A stretch of 64,000 bases of DNA from an uncultured Candidatus Saccharibacteria bacterium (lineage in GTDB: Bacteria; Patescibacteriota; Minisyncoccia; UBA6257; 2-01-FULL-56-20): contig OZ246418.1 of the NCBI GenBank assembly GCA_965231155.1, forward strand, positions 302,850-366,849, given 5' to 3'. Both the position numbers and the translations under genes were made by a program. Shown piece by piece: positions 9,363 through 18,850 of the stretch. A model generated the notes under the pieces. That model did not search any database and was not told where the DNA came from. It was given only the letters and a program-made list of their open reading frames with translations. How positions within the stretch are numbered: position 1 is the stretch's first letter; each line of letters opens with the position of its first letter.

Positions 9363-10613
9363 ATGCTAAAACGTCTTTCATTCTTCCTTTCTATATTCTT
9401 GATTATTGGACTGGTTATCGCGATCGGCTGGTTTATCCGCTACCGAAATGCCTCACCCTCTCCAGATGCTACGACTACTCAGCCAGATGACATTCTTCCG
9501 CCTACTGGTCAAAATATCCGACCAGCCACCTCATCGCAGAACAGAAGCTCGAGCTCTCCTTCGATAATCGCTCCAGGAGAAAAACCGTTTGGTATGGTTG
9601 CCGACCAAGAAGTTGCCGCCTACTACCCCTACGCAGACGGCTCAGTCGCTTTCATCCAACCAAGCGGACAGGTGATAAAGATAAGTGGAACCGAGGGAGT
9701 AGTCTTAAGTTCTTTAAATATCTCCGACCTCAGTTATGCTGCCTTTTCTTATGACGGAAAAAGGATTGTGGCCGCTTTTGGAAATCCATTAAACCGCCAG
9801 TTAAGCGTTTTTGATTTAGAAAAAAAATCTTGGAATCCAATATTTGCTCGACCCCTTTCTGCACCTCTTTGGGCGCCTCGCGACTATCGAATCACATTTC
9901 TTACCGCAAATACAAATAATGACCAGATCATTACTGTTGTAGACACTCAACCAAATACCCCAAAAACACAGGAAATCCTCTCTCTTTCCGGACAGGACCT
10001 TGTTCTCTCCTGGAAAAATGATAATGAAATCTTTGTCTCGGAAAAAACAAGCGTCTTTTCTTTAGGAAGTCTTTTTTCTTTGGATATTAGGAAAAATACG
10101 CTTTCCTCACTTATTAAAGACTGGCCTGGCCTAGACTTTTTATGGGACACCACCTCTCAGGCTGGTGTCGCCTTCCAAGCAAATAAGAATAGCGTAGGAG
10201 GAACGATGAGTCTCCTGGGAGAGACGGGGATTGTCGCAAGAAAATTTTCCTTCACCACACTCCCTAAAGAAAAATGTTTCTTTGGTCCCGAGCCTACTCC
10301 ATTAACAACTACGAGTACATCCTCTTCGAGGACTCCACAGAAAAACCCTTCACCAAGAACAAGCCTCCTCTTCTGTGCTGTTCCGAAGAATGCTGACAGC
10401 TTCCTTTCTTCCTATCTACCGGACGCCTATTTCCAAAAAGAAATTATGACCGACGATAATTTGGTCGGAATCAATCTGGAAACGGGAGCGGTAACGGATC
10501 TTTCAAAACCAATAAATGAAGTGGTTGATGCAACTGATCTAAAAGCGAGCCGCACCTACATCTACTTTATAAACAGATATAACAACAAGCTCTACCGACT
10601 TATTCGCGCCTAA
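9363..10613 (+). CDS. Membrane-anchored extracellular protein, probable beta-propeller
   Basis: N-terminal TM helix, Ser/Thr/Pro linker, repeats such as AFSYDGKRI, LWAPRDYRI and LSWKNDNEI resembling propeller blades. Confidence 0.65.
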   Translation: MLKRLSFFLSIFLIIGLVIAIGWFIRYRNASPSPDATTTQPDDILPPTGQNIRPATSSQNRSSSSPSIIAPGEKPFGMVADQEVAAYYPYADGSVAFIQPSGQVIKISGTEGVVLSSLNISDLSYAAFSYDGKRIVAAFGNPLNRQLSVFDLEKKSWNPIFARPLSAPLWAPRDYRITFLTANTNNDQIITVVDTQPNTPKTQEILSLSGQDLVLSWKNDNEIFVSEKTSVFSLGSLFSLDIRKNTLSSLIKDWPGLDFLWDTTSQAGVAFQANKNSVGGTMSLLGETGIVARKFSFTTLPKEKCFFGPEPTPLTTTSTSSSRTPQKNPSPRTSLLFCAVPKNADSFLSSYLPDAYFQKEIMTDDNLVGINLETGAVTDLSKPINEVVDATDLKASRTYIYFINRYNNKLYRLIRA

Positions 10614-10622
10614 CAGGAAACG

Positions 10623-11060
10623 TTAGTCGGTAATGGGCTTGATCATCACGTAGCGATCGCGACCGGCACCAAGGCTTTCCGTGGCCACCTCTGGGTGAAG
10701 GGCAAGGGCGGTGTGCACAAGACGACGTTCGTATGAGTTCATTGGGGGGAGTGAAAGAGCATTTTTTGTCGCCAACACCTTCTGGGCTGCTGCTCTAGCT
10801 AACTCAGTAATCAAGGCTTCTCGTTCCCGGCGATAGTTGTTGATGTCGAAGAATATTGGTTGAACGCTATTTTTCTTGGCAACCAACTGAATAATATGAT
10901 TGATGTCTTCAACGAGGCGAGCAATGCCCTCTTTATTCAAGGGTTCAAAATCATCGATCACGGCTGAGCCATGTCGAAACTCCTCGTTTACTTCTATCTT
11001 AAAAGACTTAAACCCAAGACCTTCAAGTAATTTTTTTACGAACACATCCCATTGTTCCAT
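10623..11060 (-). CDS. jag: Jag/KhpB (EloR)-like R3H-domain RNA-binding protein
   Basis: DINNYRREREALI...LPPMNSYERRLVHTAL...TESLGAGRDR; downstream of yidC. Confidence 0.9.
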   Translation of the reverse strand: MEQWDVFVKKLLEGLGFKSFKIEVNEEFRHGSAVIDDFEPLNKEGIARLVEDINHIIQLVAKKNSVQPIFFDINNYRREREALITELARAAAQKVLATKNALSLPPMNSYERRLVHTALALHPEVATESLGAGRDRYVMIKPITD

Positions 11061-11106
11061 ACTGTTTGTGATACACGATTATTTAGTCGGAGTCAACTAT
11101 TCTCAC

Positions 11107-11192
11107 TTTTGCTTTCTAGGACTGACGTAAAATTCTGACTGAGTTTTCGCCCTCCTCAAGCCGTCGCTTTCCGTAAGGTTCTAGAGAAAAAA
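11107..11192. repeat. Structured intergenic element, copy A (related to 25357..25461)
   Basis: Terminal inverted arms TTTCTAGGAC...GTTCTAGAGA enclose a hairpin and the motif GCCGTCGC-TT-TCCGTAAGGT (11160..11179). Confidence 0.5.
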
Positions 11193-11250
11193 GGTTCACG
11201 CTGTGTTTAAGATACTACACAAAGAAACCTATCTGTTTTGCCTACAAGAA

Positions 11251-11949
11251 TCAGACCTTGTCTGACCCTCCCTCCTTAAGTTGACGGTTTACCACAACCT
11301 GTTGGATGAGCGAAAATAGGTTAGAGGTAAGCAGGTAGAGCCAGACGGCTGAAGGGGAGGACCACAAAACCAAAACAATGATAATTGGGCCGATAATCGC
11401 CATCTGTTTACTCATTGCCGTAACATTCTTCTGGACCGAGAGACTCAACTGTGTCTGAATATACTGCAAAAGAGAAGCGATAATAATCAGTACTAAGCTC
11501 TGCGCCTGGAGATCAATGATGCCCAAGAAAGAGTGATTGAACGCAGTTGGAGCGTTGATAAAGGAGTAGAATTCTTTTGCATTCAACGTAGCCGGAGCGC
11601 CATGAAAGATCTGAAAAAGAGGGATAAGGATAAGAATTTGCAAAAAAAGAATGAAAAACATCGAGAAGGGGTTCACCTGATGCTTCTTATAGAGCTCCAT
11701 CTGGGCCCGTCCCTTATTCTCTATATCTCCTTGGTATTCTTTATCAATTTTTTCAAGCTCTGGGCGTAATGTCTGAATGACTGCCTGTTGCCGCATCGCC
11801 TTCTGGAAAAGTGGCAGGAAAATCACCCGGATAATGACGGTGAGCATAATGATCGCAATTCCCAAATCCTTAAAGGCAATTGACTGGTAGAGAAAAACCA
11901 GCGCGTTTATAAGCGGTTGGTAGAGAATAACGTGATAGAGATATCCCAT
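11251..11949 (-). CDS. yidC: Membrane protein insertase YidC/Oxa1
   Basis: LGIAIIMLTVIIRVIFLPL, QMELYKKHQVNPF, LYLLTSNLFSLIQQ; canonical position after rnpA. Confidence 0.92.
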   Translation of the reverse strand: MGYLYHVILYQPLINALVFLYQSIAFKDLGIAIIMLTVIIRVIFLPLFQKAMRQQAVIQTLRPELEKIDKEYQGDIENKGRAQMELYKKHQVNPFSMFFILFLQILILIPLFQIFHGAPATLNAKEFYSFINAPTAFNHSFLGIIDLQAQSLVLIIIASLLQYIQTQLSLSVQKNVTAMSKQMAIIGPIIIVLVLWSSPSAVWLYLLTSNLFSLIQQVVVNRQLKEGGSDKV

Positions 11950-11958
11950 AAGTTTTTT

Positions 11959-12273
11959 TTAAAAGAGGGGGGTTAGCGTTTTTTCTAGACCCTCATTAAT
12001 CATTGCTTTCGTAGCTCCCTCAGCAGGCTTCTGAACAAGGATGAGAATGTCCTTTCCTTTGTTCGGCTTCTGCGCTAACCAAGAAACAACTATTCTTTTT
12101 AGATAGTGCCTTCTGGTAGCCTTCTTAACGGCACTTTTCCCAATAACTACGGCAAACCGGTTATACGGCCAACTATTATCAGAGGCCTTAACACTAAAGA
12201 ACGCGGAACGGAGGCTAAGAGAGCCTCTCTGAGGGAACTCTTTTGCCGGTAACCGCTGTCTTCTTGCCAGCAT
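11959..12273 (-). CDS. rnpA: Ribonuclease P protein component
   Basis: Start re-called at ATG 12273 (MLARRQRL...RFAVVIGKSAVKKATRRHYLKR); TAATG overlap with the rpmH stop. Confidence 0.88.
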   Translation of the reverse strand: MLARRQRLPAKEFPQRGSLSLRSAFFSVKASDNSWPYNRFAVVIGKSAVKKATRRHYLKRIVVSWLAQKPNKGKDILILVQKPAEGATKAMINEGLEKTLTPLF

Positions 12274-12422
12274 TAAAATTTCCGCGCCTTGATGGTGATC
12301 TTCTTTCTGCCCTTTTGCCGACGTCGCTTCAAAACACTCTTTCCGGTAGCCGTTTTTTGACGGGCTCGGAAACCATGTGTCTTCTTCCGCTTCTTCTTTT
12401 TTGGTGAATATGTTTGTGACAT
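12273..12422 (-). CDS. rpmH: 50S ribosomal protein L34 (absent from the ORF track)
   Basis: Hand translation: [49 protein letters not shown]. Confidence 0.95.
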   Translation of the reverse strand: MSQTYSPKKKKRKKTHGFRARQKTATGKSVLKRRRQKGRKKITIKARKF

Positions 12423-12553
12423 GGTATGACCTTGAGTATAATGGCCTCACATAAGTTATGAACAGGCCATCAACATTTTTTTCTATTCTACTCTTTTGAC
12501 TCGCAGAAGACAAGTATTACAATAAGAGCGCTTCTTATAAACATTTTTAACCT

Positions 12554-13930
12554 ATGAACCTTGAACAGCTATGGCAACTGACGTTAGCAGAGATGGAAGT
12601 ACAACTTTCTCACGCTAACTTTGCAACATGGCTGAAGAAAAGCCAGCTTCTGGAGAATAAGGATGGAACATATTCAATTGGTCTCCCAAATACTTTTGCA
12701 AAAGTGTGGGTTGAGGAGAAATACCACAAAAATCTCTTGGGGATCATGCGTAATTTCGATGATTCCGTTCGTAAACTTGAGTTCACCGTACTCAAAGAAG
12801 ACTCCTCTCAGGAAAAGAAGGCGCCGACTCAAAAAACTCTTCGCCACGATACGACTCCAGTACAACCAATACAAAACAATCGGCTTGATTTTCGTGTTGA
12901 TCCCGACACTAATCTAAACCCTCGCTATACACTCTCTTCTTTTGTGGTTGGTTCCTCAAACGAGCTGGCCTTTGCCGCAGCCGAAGCCATTATTAAGTCA
13001 GTGGGAACAAAATATAATCCCTTCTTTATCTATGGCGGTGTCGGCGTGGGTAAAACTCATCTCATTCAGGCTATTGGGAATGAAATTTATACTCGCTACG
13101 AAAAGAAAATAAAACCTCGTTATGTTTCTTCTGAGAAATTCACTAGTGATGTGGTCTGGGCTATTCGAAACAAACGAATGGAGGATATTAAAAAGAAATA
13201 TCGAGATGTTGATGTGTTGATTATCGACGATATTCAGTTCATTGGTGGCAAGGAAAAAACTGAACAGGAGTTTTTCCATACCTTTAATGCACTCTATGAG
13301 GTTAACAAACAAATTATCATCTCCTCTGATCGACCACCACAATCAATTCCTACGCTCGAGGATCGCCTGCGCTCGCGTTTTGAGGGCGGCCTGATTGCTG
13401 ACATCACCTATCCAGAATATGAGCTTCGCCTGGCCATCGTCAGTGGAAAACTTCAGGAGCTTGGACACAGCCTCTCTCCTCAGGTGGTGGAACTTATCGC
13501 CAAAAAAGTGCGGAAGAATGTGCGCGAGCTTGAAGGAATCCTCACTAAAATAATATTTTATCAAGAGAGTAAGGGAGTAGAAGTAAGCGAAAAGCTTATC
13601 GAGGAGATTATCGATAATTCGATTAATAACTTCTCCCACAAAGTAAGCCCTGAACAAGTACTGAACGCTGTTGCCGAGTTTTTCAACATACAAATGAGCG
13701 ATCTTATTGGTCGCCGAAGACAAAAAGAAGTGGTCGAACCACGACAGATAACCATGTATCTACTTCGGGATATTCTTGGTCTTTCATACCCATACATTGG
13801 GGAAAAGATGGGGAGAGACCACACTACTGCAATTCACGCCTTCGAGAAGATTAACCATGAGGTGAACAAGAATTCTGTGCTCAACCAAAAAATTCTAATG
13901 ATTAAAGATTTAATTAATAAGAATCCATAA
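12554..13930 (+). CDS. dnaA: Chromosomal replication initiator DnaA
   Basis: YNPFFIYGGVGVGKTHL, LIIDDIQF, RLRSRFEGG, RDHTTAIHA. Confidence 0.98.
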   Translation: MNLEQLWQLTLAEMEVQLSHANFATWLKKSQLLENKDGTYSIGLPNTFAKVWVEEKYHKNLLGIMRNFDDSVRKLEFTVLKEDSSQEKKAPTQKTLRHDTTPVQPIQNNRLDFRVDPDTNLNPRYTLSSFVVGSSNELAFAAAEAIIKSVGTKYNPFFIYGGVGVGKTHLIQAIGNEIYTRYEKKIKPRYVSSEKFTSDVVWAIRNKRMEDIKKKYRDVDVLIIDDIQFIGGKEKTEQEFFHTFNALYEVNKQIIISSDRPPQSIPTLEDRLRSRFEGGLIADITYPEYELRLAIVSGKLQELGHSLSPQVVELIAKKVRKNVRELEGILTKIIFYQESKGVEVSEKLIEEIIDNSINNFSHKVSPEQVLNAVAEFFNIQMSDLIGRRRQKEVVEPRQITMYLLRDILGLSYPYIGEKMGRDHTTAIHAFEKINHEVNKNSVLNQKILMIKDLINKNP

Positions 13931-14049
13931 AGAGGTTCTCCCCGAGTTGTTCGAAAGTTATTCACACAAAAAGATTTAAAAAAGATAGATAACAACAGTA
14001 TTTTTCAAATGTATCCCCTTATTCACAACCCTAATAAACTATAACAATA
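13931..14049. promoter_or_regulatory. Probable oriC with two DnaA boxes
   Basis: TTATTCACA at 13958..13966 and 14019..14027 (consensus TTATNCACA) in an AT-rich dnaA-dnaN gap; the + strand appears to switch from C-rich to G-rich near here. Confidence 0.75.
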
Positions 14050-15162
14050 ATGAAATTAATAGTTATTAAAGATAATCTAAAAGAAGCGGTGGGGGCAGCG
14101 GGGCAGATGAAACTAAGCGAGCAGAACCTCCCAATTCTTAAAAATTTTTTATTGTCGGCGGTGGATAATAAAATTTCTATGAAGGCGACGAATTTGGAAA
14201 TTGGAGTGGAGTATTCTATCTCGGGGAAAATTTTAGAGGATGGTGAAATTACTGTTCCGATTTCGGTTTTTTACACGATTATTAATTCACTACAAAGCGA
14301 TCGGATTAATTTAGAAACGAAAGGAACTCAGACAACTATCAAAACTGATAATTATGAAGCGGTTATACAAGGACTTCCGGCTGAAGATTTTCCGATCCTT
14401 CCCGAAGTGAGTGCTAAAGAGCAGTTTTTGGAAATTAAGGGAGGAGTGCTTCGAGAAGCTTTTCAACAAGTTTCCTTGGCTGGGCAGTTCTCGGATCTTC
14501 GGCCAGAGTTGTACAACTTGCTTTTCCACTTCACAACCAGCGATTTGATTTTTGCGGCAACTGATAGTTTCCGTTTGGCCGAAAAGACAATTTCGGCAAC
14601 TTCTTTTTCCACAAATTTTGCCGATGAGTTTAAGTTATTAATTCCACTTCCCACAGTACAGGGATTAATTCCACTCCTTACCGATGAGCCGGTTCAGATC
14701 AGAAAAGACGACCATCAGGTGGTTTTTTCAACAAAGAACTGGAAGATTGTTTCACGTCTCCATACGGGAACTTTTCCACACTATGAACCGATTATCCCCA
14801 GGGAGTTTAAGGCCGAGGTGGTGGTTAATCGAGTGGAGCTTCAGGAGGCTTTAAAGCTGAGTAGCGTATTCGGAGGACAACTCCAGGAGGTTGTTTTGAA
14901 AATGGCTGAGGGACAAAAATCGTTAGAGGTTTTTTCTCAGAATCAGGCAATCGGCCAGAATGCCTATCGGTTAGGTGCAAAAATAAATCAACCATTTTCT
15001 ATGGAGGCAGTTTTTAATTCCCGATATTTAGCCGATGTGCTAAAGGCAATTTCTGGAGAAGAAGTTTTCTTTGGTTTTAACGAAGAAGGAAGGCCAGTAC
15101 TTATCAAGTCACCTCGAGAGGTGTCTTATATTTATATCTTAATGCCAGTACTTAAAGGCTAG
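14050..15162 (+). CDS. dnaN: DNA polymerase III beta clamp
   Basis: LPILKNFL, ATNLEIG, AATDSFRLAE, FNSRYL, YILMPV. Confidence 0.97.
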   Translation: MKLIVIKDNLKEAVGAAGQMKLSEQNLPILKNFLLSAVDNKISMKATNLEIGVEYSISGKILEDGEITVPISVFYTIINSLQSDRINLETKGTQTTIKTDNYEAVIQGLPAEDFPILPEVSAKEQFLEIKGGVLREAFQQVSLAGQFSDLRPELYNLLFHFTTSDLIFAATDSFRLAEKTISATSFSTNFADEFKLLIPLPTVQGLIPLLTDEPVQIRKDDHQVVFSTKNWKIVSRLHTGTFPHYEPIIPREFKAEVVVNRVELQEALKLSSVFGGQLQEVVLKMAEGQKSLEVFSQNQAIGQNAYRLGAKINQPFSMEAVFNSRYLADVLKAISGEEVFFGFNEEGRPVLIKSPREVSYIYILMPVLKG

Positions 15163-17308
15163 GCGCAGTGGAGGTTGGCGCAGAGAAGAGAGGAGTGCTC
15201 TGAGGGAAGGTTGTTTTGAACCAGTTTTGAATTCCTAGTTCCCAATTAGAGAACTGAGAATCGTCTGCTGGAATAGCTGGCGGTGGGCCGTTTGGATTGT
15301 TTCGGTCTACGTAGTAAAGAATGGTGTGGATCTGATTGTCGATAATATACTGTCCTTTGAGAATTGGTTTTTCAACAATTACTGGATCGGGACGATTGAA
15401 GCTCTCTACGGGGAATTCCTTTAGAGCCTCTCTCATAAAACTACTCCACATTGGAATGGCGGCAAGAATACTTGAACCACTTCGTTGCATTGGCGCGTTA
15501 TCGTTATTTCCAGCCCAGACGCCAGTTACTAGGTTTGGAGCGTACCCGAGAGCCCAGGCATCTCGGTAGTCGTTGCTTGTTCCGGTTTTTAAGGCAACAT
15601 CATAACCAGGGAAGATGGTGAGGTTAACGCTATTTTGTAATAGCCCAGAACGAGCTGAAACGTCACTGAGGACGTCGTTTGTGAGGCGGGGGTACTGTGG
15701 GTCAATCACGGTCGTTGCGACGTCCTTATATGCCTCTAATTGTTTATTGTTACTGTCGCGCACTTCGAGAATAATTGCTTGTTCGTGTTTCGCTCCTTCT
15801 TGTGCCAGCACTGAGTAGGCTTGCACAAGATCAATTAATCGAACCTCGCCACCACCTAAGACCAGAGAGAGTCCATAACGTGCTGGGTCGGTTAATGTTT
15901 TGAGTCCGAAGGCGTAGGTGTTTTTAAGAACATTCTCCATGCCGGCTAAGTAAAGCATTTTTACAGCCGGAATGTTTATTGATTGAGCGAGGGCGAGGCG
16001 GAGCGAGATTGGTCCTCGGAACAGGAGATCGTAGTTTTGTGGGTGGAAGCATCTCGTATCTTCACTACTAAAATCTGGCACAGAGGGACAGCCTGAATTT
16101 ACACTGAATTCGGTAGGGACATCAAAGAGGACTGTATCAGGAGAGAAGCCTCTCTGAAAACCAGTCATATAGACAAAAGGCTTGAGTGTTGAACCAGGTT
16201 GACGTAGTCCCTGTACCGCGGCATTAAAGTTTCCTTCCGCATCTTTTTCGAAATAATCATACGAACCAACAAGGGCTAGGATCTGTCCTGTTTTTGGATC
16301 CTGAGCAATAAGCGCCCCATTTTTTCCTTTGTATAGTTTTCGATTATTATCCACGCCGTCCTTCACTGATTTTTCAGCAATTTCCTGAAGCTTCCAGTTT
16401 AGGGTGGTAACTACTTTGAGTCCGCCTTTTTGGACAAATTCTTCGCCATATTTATTGATTAAATAATCCTGAACCATCATCACGAAGTGAGGTGCTTTGA
16501 GTCCTTCTGAGGGAGTAGCAATTTCTAGTTTTTCTTTAAGAGCGGCTTCAAGTTCTTGATCGGAAATTTTTCCTAGAGAGTGTAGTTTTTTAAGAATAAA
16601 CTGTTGACGAGTAATAAGTTCTTTGTAGTGGCTGCCCCAAGGAGAGTACCGACTTGGCGCTTTAGGGAGAGCGGCTAAAAGAGCGGATTCAGCGAGCGAG
16701 AGATCTTTTACTGACTTACTAAAGTACAGCTGACTGGCCGACTCAACGCCATAGGCGGTAGGTCCATAGGGGATTTCGTTAAGATAAAGTTCTAGAATTT
16801 TGTCTTTGGAATAGAAGTTACTCAGGCGGATAGCCAAGAGCAACTCTTTGATTTTTCTAGAGATGGTTTTGTCCGGAGTTAAAAAGGCGTTTTTAACAAG
16901 CTGTTGAGCAATTCCCGAACCACCCTGGACATAACTTCCGCTTCTCAGATTTGCAAAAACGGCGCGTACGATTGCCTGCCAGTCGAAGCCAGGTTGGGTA
17001 TAGAAATTTTCATCCTCAACTGCCACCGTGGCTTCTTTGAGATGACTAGGAATTTCCGCTAAGGGAACTACTGTTCTTTTTTGTCCGGCACTGATTTCAT
17101 ATAAGAGAACTTTTCCCTCTCGATCGAAAATTTTTGTTGACTGGGGAACTTGGCGATTTTCTATCTGACTGAGACTTGGGATGTCTTTGGCGAAATAAAG
17201 AAGGATAATTACACCACTTGCGACGGCGAGAAGAAGGAGACTACTGGCCCACACCAGCACCTTTTTTCGTGGCCAGTGCGCTACTTTTTTTATTTTTTGG
17301 TGAATCAT
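15152..17308 (-). CDS. Class A penicillin-binding protein (transglycosylase/transpeptidase, PBP1A family)
   Basis: N-terminal TM; GT51 motifs EDENFY, QGGSGIAQQLVKN, RKIKE, LYLNEI; transpeptidase motifs QPGSTLKP, SIN, KTGT. Confidence 0.95.
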   Translation of the reverse strand: MIHQKIKKVAHWPRKKVLVWASSLLLLAVASGVIILLYFAKDIPSLSQIENRQVPQSTKIFDREGKVLLYEISAGQKRTVVPLAEIPSHLKEATVAVEDENFYTQPGFDWQAIVRAVFANLRSGSYVQGGSGIAQQLVKNAFLTPDKTISRKIKELLLAIRLSNFYSKDKILELYLNEIPYGPTAYGVESASQLYFSKSVKDLSLAESALLAALPKAPSRYSPWGSHYKELITRQQFILKKLHSLGKISDQELEAALKEKLEIATPSEGLKAPHFVMMVQDYLINKYGEEFVQKGGLKVVTTLNWKLQEIAEKSVKDGVDNNRKLYKGKNGALIAQDPKTGQILALVGSYDYFEKDAEGNFNAAVQGLRQPGSTLKPFVYMTGFQRGFSPDTVLFDVPTEFSVNSGCPSVPDFSSEDTRCFHPQNYDLLFRGPISLRLALAQSINIPAVKMLYLAGMENVLKNTYAFGLKTLTDPARYGLSLVLGGGEVRLIDLVQAYSVLAQEGAKHEQAIILEVRDSNNKQLEAYKDVATTVIDPQYPRLTNDVLSDVSARSGLLQNSVNLTIFPGYDVALKTGTSNDYRDAWALGYAPNLVTGVWAGNNDNAPMQRSGSSILAAIPMWSSFMREALKEFPVESFNRPDPVIVEKPILKGQYIIDNQIHTILYYVDRNNPNGPPPAIPADDSQFSNWELGIQNWFKTTFPQSTPLFSAPTSTAPSL

Positions 17309-17342
17309 GGTTTCTTTTTATTATACTTCGCTTCCTTAGACG

Positions 17343-17376
17343 TGCGAAGCGCCGAGGGATTCTCGGCGCTTTTGCA
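17343..17376. terminator. Hairpin, possible terminator of the small acidic gene
   Basis: AAGCGCCGAG-GGATT-CTCGGCGCTT inverted repeat. Confidence 0.45.
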
Positions 17377-17399
17377 AAACTGCTATAAAAAGATGAAGG

Positions 17400-17585
17400 C
17401 TAAAGAGATTCTTCCTCTTCGAATCCTTCAACGGGGTCTTCTTCGGCTGGAAGTCCAACCTCCTCAAAATCATCCTCATCACTTATTTCGGAGACAGTAT
17501 CTCCGAGGCCAGGCTCAAGCAGTTCTCCGGACAGTTCTTCCGCTTCGGTTTCTGAGGGAAGAGCAAAATCGTCAAATTGTTCCAT
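17400..17585 (-). CDS. Small, extremely acidic protein (61 aa)
   Basis: ATG start, Glu/Asp-dominated with no Lys/Arg; fills the ruvC-PBP gap on the same strand. Confidence 0.6.
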   Translation of the reverse strand: MEQFDDFALPSETEAEELSGELLEPGLGDTVSEISDEDDFEEVGLPAEEDPVEGFEEEESL

Positions 17586-17714
17586 GCATCAGTAGTGTCT
17601 AGCGACCTTTTAAGATTTATTTTTTCAGTTTCTTGTTTCAAGAAGATTTTCTCAAAACAAAAAACGTTTTCCATCACTTATTTGGCAGTAAGTATACGGA
17701 AGGTGAAGTGAGTG

Positions 17715-18200
17715 TCAAGGTGTGGACAATGACATTTTTGTTTCAAAACTACAACAGAGTGCAATTGCCAGTGCATCCCAGGCATCATCAATGAGTTTTA
17801 GTTCTTTTTGTTGAAGAATAAGTCCAACCATTTTCTCTACGGCTTTTTTATTAGATAGGCCATAGCCGGTGATACGACTTTTTATTTCGTTAGGAGAGAA
17901 CTCTTTAATGGGCAATTTTGCTTCAGCCAGCGTCATTAGAATTACACCGCGTGTTTGACCAACGGCGATACCAGTGGTTTGGTTACGAACGAAATAAAGT
18001 TTTTCAATGCTGGCAATTTCTGGTTTGAATTCTTTAATTATTTTTTGGAGTTCTTGTTTTGTTTCAAGAAGCGCACCAATATCGTCTTTGCTTTTTATTT
18101 TAAGGAGACCAGCGGTGATAAAAGAAAGTTTCTGGCCCTTTTTTTCAATTAGGCCATAGCCAATGCGTCGTGATCCCGGATCGATGCCTAAGATAATCAT
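17715..18200 (-). CDS. ruvC: Holliday junction resolvase RuvC
   Basis: ILGIDPGSRRIGYG, IEKLYF, DDAWDALAIA. Confidence 0.95.
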   Translation of the reverse strand: MIILGIDPGSRRIGYGLIEKKGQKLSFITAGLLKIKSKDDIGALLETKQELQKIIKEFKPEIASIEKLYFVRNQTTGIAVGQTRGVILMTLAEAKLPIKEFSPNEIKSRITGYGLSNKKAVEKMVGLILQQKELKLIDDAWDALAIALCCSFETKMSLSTP

Positions 18201-18748
18201 TCTGCGTCTGGGGTATTAACATAGATAGCATGAATGTCATCGTGATCGTCAACTGCTTCTATCAATCGTTCAAGCTTAGTAGCACCTTCAGCGCTCACCG
18301 CTTGCGGGAACTTTGCTTTCCAATTACGCTCTCCCTTTTCATCTGTTGTTTGTTCGAAGGCCCACCGGACGCTTCCTGACTCCGCCCATTTTCCTTCGTG
18401 GTCATGGAGAATCTTTTTCACCTCAGCTACGGTGCGGTTGCGATTATCGGTGATGGCTTCAATAAGAATTGCTGATCCGCCTGGTCCATAGGATTCAAAG
18501 ATCAGCTCCTCGAGTACTGCACTTTTATCAGCCGCTTTTTTGATCGCTCGTTCGATATTGTCATTCGGCATCTGGAATTCACGCGCTTTATCGATAGCTG
18601 AGCGGAGACGAGGATTGAACTGGGGGTTTGGTTCGGTTTTAGCCGCTGCGGTAATCGCCGCGCCGAGCTTAGAGAAAAGCTGTCCCCGTTTTTTATCGGT
18701 GATGCCTTTTTGGTGTTTGATCTGACTCCACTTAGAGTGTCCGGACAT
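18197..18748 (-). CDS. yebC: YebC/PmpR family protein (short form)
   Basis: Start re-called at MSGHSKWSQIKHQKG; NPRLRSAI, ESYGPGG, TDNRNRT; upstream of ruvC. Confidence 0.93.
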   Translation of the reverse strand: MSGHSKWSQIKHQKGITDKKRGQLFSKLGAAITAAAKTEPNPQFNPRLRSAIDKAREFQMPNDNIERAIKKAADKSAVLEELIFESYGPGGSAILIEAITDNRNRTVAEVKKILHDHEGKWAESGSVRWAFEQTTDEKGERNWKAKFPQAVSAEGATKLERLIEAVDDHDDIHAIYVNTPDAE

Positions 18749-18850
18749 ACCTTTTATACTAGATTTTGTTTGCGTGTGGTCAAGTCTCTCGGGAAAGAAA
18801 AAGAGCCTTGCATTCCCGAAGGAAGGCAAGGCTCTGAAATGAAAATGGTA

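Noticed and set aside
11119-11180. Hammerhead ribozyme in the two-copy motif
   Set aside because: CTGACGT deviates from CUGANGA and the second copy lacks the core.
11959-12513. 184-aa ORF as an N-terminally extended RnpA
   Set aside because: The extension overlaps rpmH in another frame; RnpA similarity starts at ATG 12273.
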